Shown here piece after piece: positions 10,411 through 21,708 of a stretch of 64,000 nt of DNA. The notes under the pieces were generated by a model. It saw nothing but the letters and a program-made list of their open reading frames with translations. It was not told the origin of the DNA and ran no database searches. The stretch's first letter is position 1; each line of letters opens with the position of its first letter. A program made the position numbers and the translations under genes. Source of the DNA: an uncultured delta proteobacterium (lineage in GTDB: Bacteria > Desulfobacterota > Desulfomonilia > UBA1062); the NCBI GenBank assembly GCA_963785235.1, contig CAWAUM010000002.1, positions 192,001 through 256,000 of the forward strand, in the 5' to 3' direction.

Positions 10411-10839
10411 ATGGGTACATACCAAGCAAGAAAGGACGAGGTTGCCAGACAGTGGGTCCTTCTGGACGCAACTGATATGGTGCTCGGCAGACTGGCTGTT
10501 CAGATTGCCTCTATCCTCAGGGGAAAGACAAAACCTGAATTCACACCCCACACCGATGTGGGTGATTTCGTCGTTCTGATCAATGCCGACAAGATCAAGG
10601 TTACAGGCAACAAAATGGAGCAGAAGACATATTACCATCACAGCGGGTACATGGGCGGCATCAAGAGTGCAACCATGCGAGAGCTCCTCAATAAAAAACC
10701 TGAGGATGTCATCAAGCACGCTGTAAAGGGTATGCTCCCCAAGAATTCTCTTGGCAGGGCCATGTTCAAGAAGCTCAAGGTATACACTGGAGAGAACCAT
10801 CCGCATGAGGCGCAGATGCCTCAGCTATTAAGCAAGTAA
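10411..10839 (+). CDS. rplM: 50S ribosomal protein L13
   Basis: [30 protein letters not shown]. Confidence 0.99.
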   Translation: MGTYQARKDEVARQWVLLDATDMVLGRLAVQIASILRGKTKPEFTPHTDVGDFVVLINADKIKVTGNKMEQKTYYHHSGYMGGIKSATMRELLNKKPEDVIKHAVKGMLPKNSLGRAMFKKLKVYTGENHPHEAQMPQLLSK

Positions 10840-10851
10840 GAGGGTATTGGT

Positions 10852-11244
10852 ATGGCAGAGAAGATATACGCCACTGGACGTCGTAAGAACGCAACCGCGC
10901 GGGTTTGGTTGTCCCCGGGTAAGGGCGATATGACCGTAAACGGCAGACCCATCGATGAGTATTTCCCGAGGGAAACACTTCAGATATCAGCATCACAGCC
11001 CTTTGTCATAACTGATACCAGAGGGCAGTTCGATATCTACGCAACTGTCAGTGGCGGTGGCATTTCCGGCCAGGCTGGAGCTTTACGCCACGGCATTTCA
11101 AGGGCTCTTGCAACCTTTGACATCGAGAAGTTCAGGTCAAAGCTGAAGGCCGCCGGGTTCCTCACCAGGGATCCCCGTATGGTTGAGCGTAAGAAATACG
11201 GCCTCCACAAGGCCCGCAAGAGGCCTCAGTTCTCCAAGAGGTAG
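10852..11244 (+). CDS. rpsI: 30S ribosomal protein S9
   Basis: [35 protein letters not shown]. Confidence 0.99.
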   Translation: MAEKIYATGRRKNATARVWLSPGKGDMTVNGRPIDEYFPRETLQISASQPFVITDTRGQFDIYATVSGGGISGQAGALRHGISRALATFDIEKFRSKLKAAGFLTRDPRMVERKKYGLHKARKRPQFSKR

Positions 11245-11251
11245 TATTTCA

Positions 11252-12280
11252 TTGACGATCTCCATAGGTATCCTGGGAGCCACGGGGTATACCGGTGCGG
11301 AGCTTATAAGATTACTGCACTCACACCCTCAGGCAAGGATTACCTATTGTTCGTCTCGCCAGTACAACGGGAAGCCAATTTCCGAAATCCTCGAATTTCT
11401 AAAGGGGTCCGCAGAGTTTGACCTTGAGGAGTTTGACTCCTCGGCCATAAAAAATCGATGCGATGTCGTGTTCAGCTGCCTCCCCCATGGGGTGAGCATG
11501 GGCTTTATTGCCCAGATTATTGACTCGGTGAAGGTAGTTGACCTGAGTGCGGATTTTCGTTTGCACGATGTTTCCCTGTACCAATCATGGTATCAGGAGC
11601 ATTCGAACCCGGAGCTACTTCAGAAAGCAGTCTATGGCCTATGCGAAATCCACCGCGAAGAGATCAGGAATGCCAGGCTTGTTGCAAACCCCGGGTGTTA
11701 CCCAACCAGCGTGCTGCTACCGCTTATTCCGCTGTTGAAGGCAGGCCTTGTGGAAAAAGATGACATCATTGTGGACAGCAAGAGCGGTGTCTCGGGTGCA
11801 GGAAGGGGCCTAAGCCTGAAGACCCACATATGCGAAACAGGGGAATCATTTACTGCCTATAAGGTCGGACGCTCTCACCGTCATATCCCTGAGATGGAGC
11901 AGGAACTTGCCTTGGCAGCAGGTGGGAATGTCAATATCGAGTTCACGCCGCACCTCCTGCCCATAAGCCGCGGGATGCTCTCATCCATCTATGTGAATAC
12001 ATCAGCTAATGAACAAGACCTGAAATCCTGTATCAATGATTTCTACCTTGGCTCGAGGTTTGTCAGGGTCATTGATGGATTCCCTGCTACCAAGGATGTT
12101 CGCGGCACCAACAGGTGCCTCATGGGCATGGCAAAAAACAAGGCCTCCAGGAGGGCCATCATCATAAGCGTCATTGACAACCTCACCAAAGGTGCCTCTG
12201 GCCAGGCCGTGCAGAACATGAACCTCATGTTCGGCCTTGACGAGGCAACCGGCCTTGACTACGTCCCGGTATTCCCCTAA
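11252..12280 (+). CDS. argC: N-acetyl-gamma-glutamyl-phosphate reductase
   Basis: Probable TTG start at 11252; GATGYTG, DLSADFR, ANPGCYPT, SGVSGAG, DNLTKGASGQA. Confidence 0.96.
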   Translation: MTISIGILGATGYTGAELIRLLHSHPQARITYCSSRQYNGKPISEILEFLKGSAEFDLEEFDSSAIKNRCDVVFSCLPHGVSMGFIAQIIDSVKVVDLSADFRLHDVSLYQSWYQEHSNPELLQKAVYGLCEIHREEIRNARLVANPGCYPTSVLLPLIPLLKAGLVEKDDIIVDSKSGVSGAGRGLSLKTHICETGESFTAYKVGRSHRHIPEMEQELALAAGGNVNIEFTPHLLPISRGMLSSIYVNTSANEQDLKSCINDFYLGSRFVRVIDGFPATKDVRGTNRCLMGMAKNKASRRAIIISVIDNLTKGASGQAVQNMNLMFGLDEATGLDYVPVFP

Positions 12281-12341
12281 TTTTTTAATGTAGGTTCCTG
12301 GGGCCTCCAAGCAGGCACTGAAGGGATCAAGGAGGGATTTT

Positions 12342-13163
12342 ATGGCAGGACCTGTGCGCAGACCGGTTATTGCAGGCAGCTGGTATCCGGGCAATCAGGA
12401 CACCTTGAAAAAGGATATCGGTCGGTATCTGAAAGATGCATCCATCCCTGAGATCCCCCAGAAGCCTATTGCCATTGTCTCCCCCCATGCAGGCTATATG
12501 TATTCCGGGCCTGTGGCGGCTTATGCATACAAGGCACTTACCGGATATGATTACTCAAGTGTCGTAGTCATCAGCCCATCGCACCGTGCATACTTTCCCT
12601 TCATATCCGTCTGGCCTAAGGGTTCTTATGAAACCCCGCTCGGCATGATCGACGTGGATGAAGACCTCTGCGATAGGCTCCTTAACTTTGGGGATATCCA
12701 GGATGACACCCATCCACACATAGCGGAGCATGCCCTTGAGATTCAGCTCCCCTTCCTCCAGAGCGTACTTAAACCATTCAAACTTTGTCCGCTCATCATG
12801 GGCAGGCAGGATCTCTCTTTGTGCGAAGCTCTGGCAGAATCACTCCATAAGAGTATTAAGGACCCTGATAACACCCTGATAGTTGCTAGCTCGGACCTCT
12901 CCCACTTCCATTCCTCCCAAAAGGCCCAGAAGATGGATCAGCAAGTGGCCCAGCGCATTGAGACATTTGATATATCGGGCTTAAGCCTTGATCTTGAAAA
13001 GGCCTACAGCGAGGCATGCGGAGGCGGCCCCATCCTGGCAGCCCTGCTCTATTCTAAGCAGGCATCCCGGAGCACGGCCAAGGTCCTACGTTATGCCCAC
13101 TCAGGCAATATCACCGGCGATAACGACTCGGTAGTGGGTTACCTCGCGGCTGTGGTGTATTAA
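12342..13163 (+). CDS. amrB: AmmeMemoRadiSam system protein B (MEMO1 family)
   Basis: AGSWYP, PHAGYMYSG, EHALEIQLPFLQ, SSDLSH, ACG, VVGY. Confidence 0.9.
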   Translation: MAGPVRRPVIAGSWYPGNQDTLKKDIGRYLKDASIPEIPQKPIAIVSPHAGYMYSGPVAAYAYKALTGYDYSSVVVISPSHRAYFPFISVWPKGSYETPLGMIDVDEDLCDRLLNFGDIQDDTHPHIAEHALEIQLPFLQSVLKPFKLCPLIMGRQDLSLCEALAESLHKSIKDPDNTLIVASSDLSHFHSSQKAQKMDQQVAQRIETFDISGLSLDLEKAYSEACGGGPILAALLYSKQASRSTAKVLRYAHSGNITGDNDSVVGYLAAVVY

Positions 13164-13166
13164 CCC

Positions 13167-14117
13167 ATGCTGAGAAAGTTAATCTGTTATTCAACAGTGC
13201 TTTTCCTTGCCCTGCTTGCATCAGATATAGCTATCAGTTTTGTATACCCTGGCCTCTCTACTCTAAAGAAAGAAAATCCCCGGAAAACTGCCTTCATGGA
13301 ATACCGTGAAAAAGAATGGGCAAGAGAGGGTATTCGCAAGTCTATCATACAGAAATGGGTGCCCCTGAAGAGGATATCCCCGTACCTTATTAAGGCGGTC
13401 ATTATCGCAGAAGATGACAAATTCTGGGGGCATGAAGGGTTTGATTACGAGGCCATGCAGCAGGCTCTGGAAAAAGATATCAAAAAAAGACAGTTCAAGG
13501 CAGGAGGTTCCACTATAAGCCAGCAGCTGGCCAAGAATCTCTACCTTTCCCCATCAAAAAACCCCATCCGTAAGATCAAAGAGGCTATCCTTACCTGGCG
13601 GATGGAACGGACGCTGTCAAAAAGACGGATCGTGGAGATCTATCTCAATGTGGCGGAATGGGGTGATGGCATATTTGGCATAGAAGCCGCAGCAAAGCAC
13701 TACTATGGTAAGCATGCATCTTCACTGACCGCCCAAGAGGCGGCAAGGCTTGCCACAGTCCTTCCCAACCCGAGGATATACAAGGTAACCGGGGATTCCA
13801 GGTACGTGCGGAACCGCTCGGCCAGGATCTATCAGGTCATGGTGGCCCGTGGTATCGTTATACCCGAGTATGATGAGGTAATGACTACACCCGAAGAGAC
13901 GGAACCGGTTTTAACAGCAGAGGCACCCGCAATCGAAACAACTACGGCCGGGATAGAACCTCCTACCGGCGAGACAACACAAAATAAAACACCTGAGGAC
14001 TCAATCCAAACAAGAGAAAGACCGAATCCTCCCGATACATCTATCCCGGAGACAGGTGTTGACAAAAGTCCAGTCCCTGAGCCAGTGAGCGGTTCAGATA
14101 CCGACGGGACTAATTAG
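13167..14117 (+). CDS. mtgA: Monofunctional biosynthetic peptidoglycan transglycosylase with P/T/E-rich tail
   Basis: EDDKFWGHEGFD, GGSTISQQLAKNL, RKIKE, IYLNVAEWG. Confidence 0.93.
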   Translation: MLRKLICYSTVLFLALLASDIAISFVYPGLSTLKKENPRKTAFMEYREKEWAREGIRKSIIQKWVPLKRISPYLIKAVIIAEDDKFWGHEGFDYEAMQQALEKDIKKRQFKAGGSTISQQLAKNLYLSPSKNPIRKIKEAILTWRMERTLSKRRIVEIYLNVAEWGDGIFGIEAAAKHYYGKHASSLTAQEAARLATVLPNPRIYKVTGDSRYVRNRSARIYQVMVARGIVIPEYDEVMTTPEETEPVLTAEAPAIETTTAGIEPPTGETTQNKTPEDSIQTRERPNPPDTSIPETGVDKSPVPEPVSGSDTDGTN

Positions 14118-14223
14118 TCGATACGGAACAACCCTATTTTTTCCCTGCTGGTTGAAGTGCTGGTCGATTGTAGACGGGAAACAGCAAGAAAAAATAAAGG
14201 GAGGAACTCGGGCGAGAGGGTAC

Positions 14224-14616
14224 TTACTTTTGCTTCAAATAAACCGGTTTGATGGATTGTGCCACAAGGAAGCCGTCTTTGTTGGTGATGTATTGCACCC
14301 TCACCTGCTGTCCTTTTTCAAGTTTATCAAGGGATATCGCCTTCCAGTCCGGCCCATAAATGGTTGTTGTGGTCCTTACCAGGAAGGTGTAATTTTTCCC
14401 ATCTTCACCTGATAAGGTTATTTCAGGGCGGATGCCCTTGGATGGCTCAGAGGGGATGATGCTTCCGACGCTGCCTCTCACCTCCAGAGGAACCGAGATC
14501 TTCTTAGAAACAGGAGGATGGGTTCCCTCTTTTTGTGCGCTCAGGAGTGTATCCTGCCCGAAACACACTGAAGAGAGAAGCCCAAGGGCAAGTAGTATGA
14601 TTGCAACCCTTTTCAT
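14224..14616 (-). CDS. Small secreted protein, OB-fold/DUF5666-like
   Basis: Signal peptide; RBS GAGG; beta-rich ..ISLDKLEKGQQVRVQY..AQSI. Confidence 0.7.
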   Translation of the reverse strand: MKRVAIILLALGLLSSVCFGQDTLLSAQKEGTHPPVSKKISVPLEVRGSVGSIIPSEPSKGIRPEITLSGEDGKNYTFLVRTTTTIYGPDWKAISLDKLEKGQQVRVQYITNKDGFLVAQSIKPVYLKQK

Positions 14617-14644
14617 CCTCCATATACCTCTTGTTTGTTAGGTG

Positions 14645-15127
14645 TTACTTCTTTTCTTCTGCTGCTGGTACTGCTGCTGCTGGTGCTGCCTTTTCTTCTG
14701 CCTTCTTCACTTCTTCTTTCTTCACTGCTTCTTTCTTTTCTGCCTTTTTCACTGCCTTCTTTGCCTTAATAACCTCGATCTTGTCTGCGTTCAAGGTGCC
14801 GGCTGCTGCTGTAATCTTTACCTGCTGGCCCATTTTCAGTTTAGCAATATCTTCTGCCTTCACGGTGAAGGTCTTGCCGCTTACATCGATCGTGTTAGCT
14901 GCTGTGTCGATCTTGGTGATCTTGCCTTTGATTACTTCGGGCTTTGCTACCTCGGCCTTTACTGCCTCAGCCTTTGCGGGAGCTGCTGCTGGTGTTGCTG
15001 GTGTTGCCGGTGTTGCTGCTACAGCGGGCTTAGCTGCATCGGCTGGCTTTGCTGCGTCAGCGGCAAAGACCATCGTGGTGAAGCACACCAGTGCGAATAC
15101 TGCGATCAAACTGATAATTTTCTTCAT
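14645..15127 (-). CDS. Secreted Ala/Lys/Pro-rich protein with DUF5666-like core
   Basis: Signal peptide; RBS AGGAGG; low-complexity flanks around KGKITKID..LKMGQQVKIT..ADKIEV. Confidence 0.75.
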   Translation of the reverse strand: MKKIISLIAVFALVCFTTMVFAADAAKPADAAKPAVAATPATPATPAAAPAKAEAVKAEVAKPEVIKGKITKIDTAANTIDVSGKTFTVKAEDIAKLKMGQQVKITAAAGTLNADKIEVIKAKKAVKKAEKKEAVKKEEVKKAEEKAAPAAAVPAAEEKK

Positions 15128-15180
15128 GATACAATCCTCCTGAGATTTTTTATTGATGCTGTGCCATCTACGACAGGGAT

Positions 15181-15210
15181 GATTAAACGATCATTAGAAG
15201 AAGATTAGAA
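15181..15210 (-). promoter_or_regulatory. Three 11-bp-spaced direct repeats, putative OmpR/PhoB-family binding site
   Basis: + strand GATTAAA, CATTAGA, GATTAGA at 15181, 15192, 15203, upstream of the secreted-protein genes and next to the two-component system. Confidence 0.55.
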
Positions 15211-15215
15211 TATTC

Positions 15216-16739
15216 TCATGTTATTTGGGTAGGAGGGGGGACAGCTGGGTGAAAATCTTGGTCTAAACCTCCCATGGGAATCGATACGAGGAAGGTTGTC
15301 CCTTTGTTGGGCGTGCTCTCCACCGTTATGGACCCTCCATGGGCCTCTATAATCGATAGGGCTATGCTCAGCCCCAGGCCGAATCCTGCAGAGCTCCGCG
15401 AGCTGTCGGCCTGATAGAACCTATCGAAGATATGCGGGAGGTCCTGGTCGGGTATGCCGATGCCCGTATCGGTAATGGTAATAATTGCATATGAGTTCTC
15501 TCGTATGACCTCAACCGAGATACGGCCTTTTTCCGGGGTATACTTTATGGCATTTTCCAGGATATTTATGAATGATCGCATGATTTGATCTTTGTCAATG
15601 GGAAGAATTATCCCCTCCTGACTTACAAAATCGATCTCGATGCCTTTTTGGTGCGCAAGAATCTCCATGTCATCAAGGATATCACGCATAATGGCAGCTA
15701 TGTCCACAGTATCCTTTGCGAGGCTCACGGAACTGCTGTCTAATCGAGCCAGAGCCAGAAGAGTTTCAAGGAGCTTTCCGATCTTCGCTGTCTCCTCAAG
15801 GCTGCTCTGCAGGATAGCACTATACTCCTGCGGAGAGCGTTGTCTCTTCAGCGCCACCTCCAGCTCTCCCCTCATGATGGTTAAGGGGGTTCTCAGCTCG
15901 TGGGAAACATCCTGGATAAACTGTTTCTGAGAAAGGAATACTTGTTGTATCTTTTCAAGCATCTCGTTGAAGGTCTCTGCAAGCTCCCTGATCTCATCGT
16001 GCGTTTCCGGCGGTGCAATTCGAAGACTCATATTTTCCGCAGTGATTTGATGTGCCGTTGCGATCATGTTTTTGAGAGGTTTTAAGGTTATGCTGGCAAG
16101 GAATTCACCTGCAAGCACACTGGCAAGCACTACTGTTATAGGAAGCAGGAGAAAGAGCATAAATTTAAGGCCCTTGAGCGTTTCCCAGATGGAATTCAAG
16201 GGGCCTCCAACCTGGACGATATATGCAATCTTGCCTTCTTCAAAGACAGGGATGACGAGAATGCGCAGATCGAGGGGCTTTTCTTCTCCTTGTGTTACCT
16301 GACGGTCTTCGTATACCGTCTTATTGGTTGCAAGCCCATGGAGTGTGTTTTTGGATATATTCAGGTGCGTCAAGGCGTTTAGCGAAAAGGCTATGAGTTC
16401 ACCATCCGGCTTATAGATCTGGACGATGATATTCATAAGATCAGGATCATTCGTGCGTTCTTCAACCCACCTTCGTGCAATCTTGAGGAAATTTGCATTA
16501 TTGATCTTGCTGAATACATTTTTTCTCGCCCCATGCTTGAGTGCATCCATCTTCTCGGTTTCCCAGTAGGTGTTAATGGACCTGGCGATACCCTCTGCCT
16601 TGGTGAGCAACAAGTCGTCCATTTGGTCTTTCAGGGTAGCGCTTACATTGAAATAGAGCGCCACAGCGAAACCCGAGAAGGTAACTGCGAGAATAAGGGT
16701 GTACCAGAAGAAGAATCTGAGCCTGATGGATTTAAACAT
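15216..16739 (-). CDS. HAMP-domain sensor histidine kinase (CusS/ArlS-like)
   Basis: Two TM helices, HAMP, SHELRTPL H-box, NILENAIKY, DTGIGI, GFGLGLSI. Confidence 0.95.
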   Translation of the reverse strand: MFKSIRLRFFFWYTLILAVTFSGFAVALYFNVSATLKDQMDDLLLTKAEGIARSINTYWETEKMDALKHGARKNVFSKINNANFLKIARRWVEERTNDPDLMNIIVQIYKPDGELIAFSLNALTHLNISKNTLHGLATNKTVYEDRQVTQGEEKPLDLRILVIPVFEEGKIAYIVQVGGPLNSIWETLKGLKFMLFLLLPITVVLASVLAGEFLASITLKPLKNMIATAHQITAENMSLRIAPPETHDEIRELAETFNEMLEKIQQVFLSQKQFIQDVSHELRTPLTIMRGELEVALKRQRSPQEYSAILQSSLEETAKIGKLLETLLALARLDSSSVSLAKDTVDIAAIMRDILDDMEILAHQKGIEIDFVSQEGIILPIDKDQIMRSFINILENAIKYTPEKGRISVEVIRENSYAIITITDTGIGIPDQDLPHIFDRFYQADSSRSSAGFGLGLSIALSIIEAHGGSITVESTPNKGTTFLVSIPMGGLDQDFHPAVPPPTQIT

Positions 16740-16740
16740 G

Positions 16741-17411
16741 TCAGCTCTTCAGGACATACCCTCTGCCCCGTACCGTATGGATGAGTTTTGTTTCATGGCC
16801 ACGATCGATCTTATTTCTTAGGTAACTGATGTAGACATCTATCACGTTGGTAAAGGTGTCGAAGTTGATGTCCCATACGTGCTCGGCAATCATGGTGCGG
16901 GTCACTACGCTGCCTGTATTCCTCACGAGGTATTCCAGTAGGGAATATTCTTTGACGCTTAGTTGGATTTCGGTCTCACCCCTGGATACGGTGTGGGTGA
17001 TTGTATCCAGAACGAGGTTGTCCACCTGAAACCGGGTTTTCTGTTGAAGGGACTTCTTGCGTAGTAGCGACCTGATCCTGCGCCAGAAGCTCTTCAAAGG
17101 CAAAGGGTTTTGTGAGATAATCATCTCGCACCGGCATCGAGCCCCCTGACCTTGTCCTTTATTGCGTCCTTTGCTGTGAGCATGAGGATGGGTGTGTGAT
17201 TATCCTCAGACCTCAATTTTGTGCAGAGAGTAATGCCGTCCATCTTTGGAAGCATGATATCAAGCAGGATTGCATCATATTCGTTTGTCATTGCAAGAAA
17301 ATAGCCCTGATCTCCATCATGTGCAAGATCAACGGCATAACCTTCTTCGGCAAGCCCATTGCTGATGAAATCTGCAACCTTCTTTTCATCTTCGATCACA
17401 AGGACCCTCAT
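16741..17411 (-). CDS. OmpR-family response regulator (frameshifted near 17120, probably a sequencing indel)
   Basis: Receiver half (VIEDE, LLDIMLP, LMLTAK) in 17121..17411; winged-helix half (NVIDVYISYLRNKI, TVRGRGY) in 16741..17124. Confidence 0.9.
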
Positions 17412-17480
17412 AATGCCTTGGTTATCTCATTTGATACCCAGAATCAACGAGATTCCCTGAAAGGACCATGTTCTAAGGAG

Positions 17481-17525
17481 AAAATAAACAAGGACTGCCA
17501 TTATTCGGCAGCCCTTGTTTATTTT
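17481..17525. terminator. Intrinsic terminator after the beta-oxidation genes
   Basis: AAAATAAACAAGGACTGCC-ATTATTC-GGCAGCCCTTGTTTATTTT. Confidence 0.75.
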
Positions 17526-17573
17526 GACTCATGATACTATTTTTAGAATTATTCTTTTGTTGATGACTTATGG

Positions 17574-18714
17574 CTAAACCTTTATCTTCCCTTCTTTCAT
17601 GGTACTCGGTGGGCCTGAAGGTTTCGATGCCGAATTTATCAGCCAGTTCATTGCACCTCGCCACGAGCTTGTCATATCCGATGCTCTGGGCCAGGGTAAA
17701 AGGACCGAGCCCTCCTCCTCCGTTGGCAATGGCAAGGTCGATGTCCTTGGGGTCGTTCGTCACGCCTTCTTCAAGGCACTTGGTGGCCTCGTTCACCTGC
17801 AGTGCTACCATGTGAGTGAAGTCATATTCCGTGGTGGGATTATTGGTATCAATGGTTGGTCTTCCGGCTGACCAATCATAAAGACCTTTACCGGTTTTTT
17901 TACCCAGGTTCCCGGATGCTACAATGTCTACAAGGGCCTTTCTCGGTGTGTAGTCCTTGGACAGTGTCTCAGAGTAGTACTTCTGTGTATGCAGAACAAT
18001 ATCAAGCCCTACATAATCCATGAGCTCAAATGGTGTCATGGGCATAAGGGCCTTAAATGCAGCATCGAACTGCGCAGGTTTTGGACTGCCCTTGTCAAGG
18101 ATGAGCTGCATGAACAGAGCAGTTGGCGCATTCACCCGGTTGTAGATGAAGCCGGGCGAATCCTTTTTCACAATGACCGGGACCTTGCCCATCTTTTTGG
18201 CAACCTCATAGATAGTCTGGATGGCTGCATCAGAAGAATCCTTGGCATAGATAACCTCCACGAGCTTCAACATGACCGCGGGATTAAAGAAGTGCATGCC
18301 CACGACGTTGGCCGGCCTCTTTGTTGCCGAGGCGATCGCTGTGATGCTCATGGACGAGGTGTTGCTGGCCAGAATGGTCTTGGCCGGGGCAAAGGCATCG
18401 AGATCGGAGAAGATCTTCTTTTTGAGGTTCAGGTCCTCGAACACAGCCTCAATCACTAGGTCAGCATCCGCCGCTGCTGCCTTGAGGTCAATGGTAGGCA
18501 GAAGGCGGGAAAGCATATCCTTGTTTTGGTCCTCACTTATCTTGCCTTTGCTCACGAACTTGGCAAGGCTGTCCTTGATGGTGTTCACGCCCCTTTCCAC
18601 GAAGCGCTGCTCAACATCATGCATGGAGACGGTATACCCTGCCATGAGTCCGACCTGTGCGATGCCGTTGCCCATGGCTCCGGCGCCGATGACTGCAATT
18701 GTCTTCACTTCCAT
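17574..18714 (-). CDS. 3-hydroxyacyl-CoA dehydrogenase
   Basis: ATG at 18714 with RBS AGGAGG; GAGAMGNGIA, EAVFED, SNTSS, GMHFFNP; duplicated C-terminal domain. Likely indel near 17600: true stop probably at 17574, while the ORF track reads on into the terminator. Confidence 0.92.
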
Positions 18715-18736
18715 ATTTTCCTCCTGAAAAGTCAGT

Positions 18737-19506
18737 TCATTCGCCTTTAAATTCGGGCTTTCTCTTCTGCATGAATGCAGTGAATCCCTCGATGGCATCC
18801 TTGGATTTTACACAGATCTTGGATCCCTCCGCCTCCGCCTTGAGGCCCTCATCTATGCCCTTGTCCACATGAGCTAACGTAGCATTGATTGCTGCGCGAC
18901 TGCTAACGGGGCCTTCTCGGCAAGGGCCTGGGCCATCTCCATGACCTTCGGGATCAGCTCTTCGGGAGGATAAAGTCCGTCCACCAGCCCTATGGCAAGG
19001 GCTTCCTGGGGGCTTAAGCGCTTACTGAAGAGTATGAGATCCAGGGCCTTGGTCCTGCCCAGTAATCGCGTCATAGTTTGAGTCCCGCCCCATCCAGGGA
19101 TAATACCAAGGTTCAGCTCAGGGCAACCCATCTTGGCCTTATCGTTTTCTGCTATGAACCTGAAGTGGCAGACCAGTGCCAGTTCGCATCCACCGCCTAG
19201 TGCGTGGCCGTTGATGGCCGCTATTATAGGTTTTTCAAACCGGTCCACCTTGGTCCATAGTGCCCGGCCTATATCTCCGACATCAGGATGGCTCATGGCG
19301 TCGGCCACATCCATACCTGCAGAGAAACACCTGTCCCCGGCCCCGGTTATCACCAGCACACGCACATCCATGTCGTTCGCTACCTCGTCAAACACCTTGT
19401 CCAGTTCCTGCAGCATGACATAGCTGACGGAATTGGTTGGAGGGCGGTTCAGGGTGAGCACTGCCACATGTCCTTGTTTTTCCAAAAGTAAGGTTTCGTA
19501 ACCCAT
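18737..19506 (-). CDS. Enoyl-CoA hydratase/isomerase (frameshifted near 18895)
   Basis: LNRPP, FSAGMD, GGGCEL, PELNLGIIPGWGGTQ; C-terminus DAIEGFTAFMQKRKPEFKGE* continues in another frame. Confidence 0.92.
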
Positions 19507-20035
19507 AGTAAATCCTCCTTATTGATGAAGACATAAAAAGTGCTGTTATTTGTGTAAGATACCGGGAAGGGGGGTTGTTGTCAATAATTAAGAGCGAGCG
19601 CTCGGTATTTAATCCGGGATTTTGTAGTTGAAAGTGCCCATAAAAGCACTATGCTGTTCGGGTGGCTTAACCATAAAACTCATTGTGTCGTGGTATTGTT
19701 TTTAAAAATAGGTCTGTTCAAAACCCCTATCTCGCAGGCTTTGTCCGTCCCATCCTTAAACCGGATGACTTTGATATAAGGATTTTCCAGTTTTATCTCG
19801 CGTATGATGGGCGCCCTCTTGAAAAGGGATGCCCTTTCGAGATCAATGGTCAGCGAGGGGAAAGATCAAGGAAACAACCTGGGGAACATTATGGGTTCAC
19901 AATCTCAACCGATATGTATGATAGGGCTTTTCACCCGTTGTCTATATCACTATGGCAGAAGCTTAAGACAAGGATCATTGAAAAGCTAAACCATCGACCA
20001 TATGAGAAGCTGTGAGAATACAAAGGAGGAGATCG

Positions 20036-21131
20036 ATGTTCGATTCTTGTTTGGATATTTCCAAATTCATGGAAACAGCAACCTACAGGCGCACACCCGA
20101 GTTCATTACCCCGAACAGGATTGTCCATGAAGACAAGGCCGTCATCCTCAGGAGGTTTGATGAGGGACGGACCGGGTCCCCGCTGCTCATTGTTCCGCCT
20201 CAAGCGGGCCATCATTCGAGCATAGCCGATTATGCACAGGAGCAAAGCCTGGTCCAGACATGTCTGAGGGAAACGACCCTGCCGGTGTATGTCATTGAAT
20301 GGAAACCGAGCACACCAACCAGGCAGCATGAGACCATCAGCGATCTTGTCTTACAGTTGCGGCTCTGCGTGCATGATGCCGGAGAACCTGTGATCCTTGT
20401 GGGGCTCTGTCAGGGAGGGTGGCTCTGCGCCATTTACGCGGCCCTTTACCCCCAGGATGTCAAGGCCCTTATGCTGGCAGCCGCACCTATTGATTTTACA
20501 GCCGGCGGAGGAAAGCTTCAGGATGTAGTCCAGGGCATGCCCATCGATTTCTACCAATGGCTTGTTACTATGGGCTTTGGAAACATGCTCGGCGACATGA
20601 TGCTCATGGGGTGGAAGATCATGAATCCCTACGAACGTTTCGTGAGCGACTTTATCAATCTCTGGGTCAATGTAAGGGATGAAAAATACCTGGAGAGGTC
20701 CAAGCAGTTCCAGACCTGGTACGAGTATACCCAGAACATCTCGGGCAAGTGGTATCTGCAGGCCGTGGATAAGCTCTTCAAGAAGAATCTCCTCATACAG
20801 GGGAAGCTAAAGATTTTGGGAAAGTATGTTGATTTGCGCACCATCTCGTGCCCCATCGCCATGCTCGCAGGAGAAAAGGACGATATTACCCTGGTGCCGC
20901 AGCTCTTCAATATGAGCTCCTATGTGGCAACCCAGCCTGAGGATATCTTCCAGACAATTGTGGAGGAGTGCAGGTCACATATCGGTATTTATGGGTCGAA
21001 AGGCACTGAAGGATCACTGGCCGCCGGCGCTGAGGTTCACCCTTGAAAAGACAGGGCTTGGTGCAGCACTCACGTATGGGGCCAGGAGAAACCAGACTAT
21101 TGGAACTTGCCAGCAGGTAAGCTCTACATAA
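20036..21131 (+). CDS. Cys-nucleophile alpha/beta hydrolase, PHA depolymerase/synthase-like (frameshifted near 20970)
   Basis: RBS AGGAGG before ATG at 20036; PLLIVPPQAGH, GLCQGG box, GEKDDIT; catalytic-His-like AGHISVF in the shifted frame (20922..21131). Confidence 0.75.
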
Positions 21132-21151
21132 AAGAAACCTCGATTCGATTA

Positions 21152-21649
21152 TCATGAAGAGGGCGGATGAAACATCATCTGCCCTTTTTCTTTTTGTTGG
21201 TTTTTTCTTGAGGGCGCGGAGCTGATTGAGGAGAGACCCGGGAAAGGGGAGAGTCCCTTCATGGCATTGCGTGTCATCTCCGAGTAATTCATGCCCATGT
21301 TCAGCCACTTGCCGAACTGCTCGTCAAAGGCCTGTTTGTACTGAAGATAGGAATTGATGGAGTCCTGCAGGTGTTTATCAAAGAATTCGTGGAGAAGATT
21401 ACCGCCATAGCGTATGGCTAGGTGAAGCAGTGGTGGTGGCAACAGGGCATTCTTGTTCTTCGCCTCCTCCATGATAATCTGTGTGAGGATAAATGCTGTA
21501 ACGTCTTCGCTGGTCTTGGCATCAAGGACCTGAACGTCTTTGCCGCCCCTGATAATGTCCGCCACCTGGTTCAGCGTGACATAAGAGCTGTTTTCCGGGT
21601 TGTAAAGCCGCCTGCTCGCATATTTTTTCAGGATAACCGTCTCGTTCAT
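21152..21649 (-). CDS. phaR: Polyhydroxyalkanoate synthesis regulator PhaR
   Basis: ILKKYASRRLYNPENSSYVTL..VQVLDAKTSEDVT..LTQIIMEE (PhaR DNA-binding domain signature). Confidence 0.9.
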   Translation of the reverse strand: MNETVILKKYASRRLYNPENSSYVTLNQVADIIRGGKDVQVLDAKTSEDVTAFILTQIIMEEAKNKNALLPPPLLHLAIRYGGNLLHEFFDKHLQDSINSYLQYKQAFDEQFGKWLNMGMNYSEMTRNAMKGLSPFPGLSSISSAPSRKNQQKEKGQMMFHPPSS

Positions 21650-21693
21650 GGATCACTCATTCACTTTTCTTACGCCTATACTACCCTCTTTAT

Positions 21694-21708
21694 TGTCACA
21701 GTGCAACA
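21694..21708. promoter_or_regulatory. Putative PhaR operator (phaR side)
   Basis: TGTCACAGTGCAACA, a near copy of the site at 21822. Confidence 0.5.

Noticed and set aside
12342-13163. Complete AmmeMemoRadiSam system
   Set aside because: Only protein B is present; no AMMECR1 or radical SAM partner in the window
19683-20015. 110-aa ORF upstream of the PHA hydrolase gene
   Set aside because: TTG start without an RBS, no motifs and competing overlapping ORFs; not supportable
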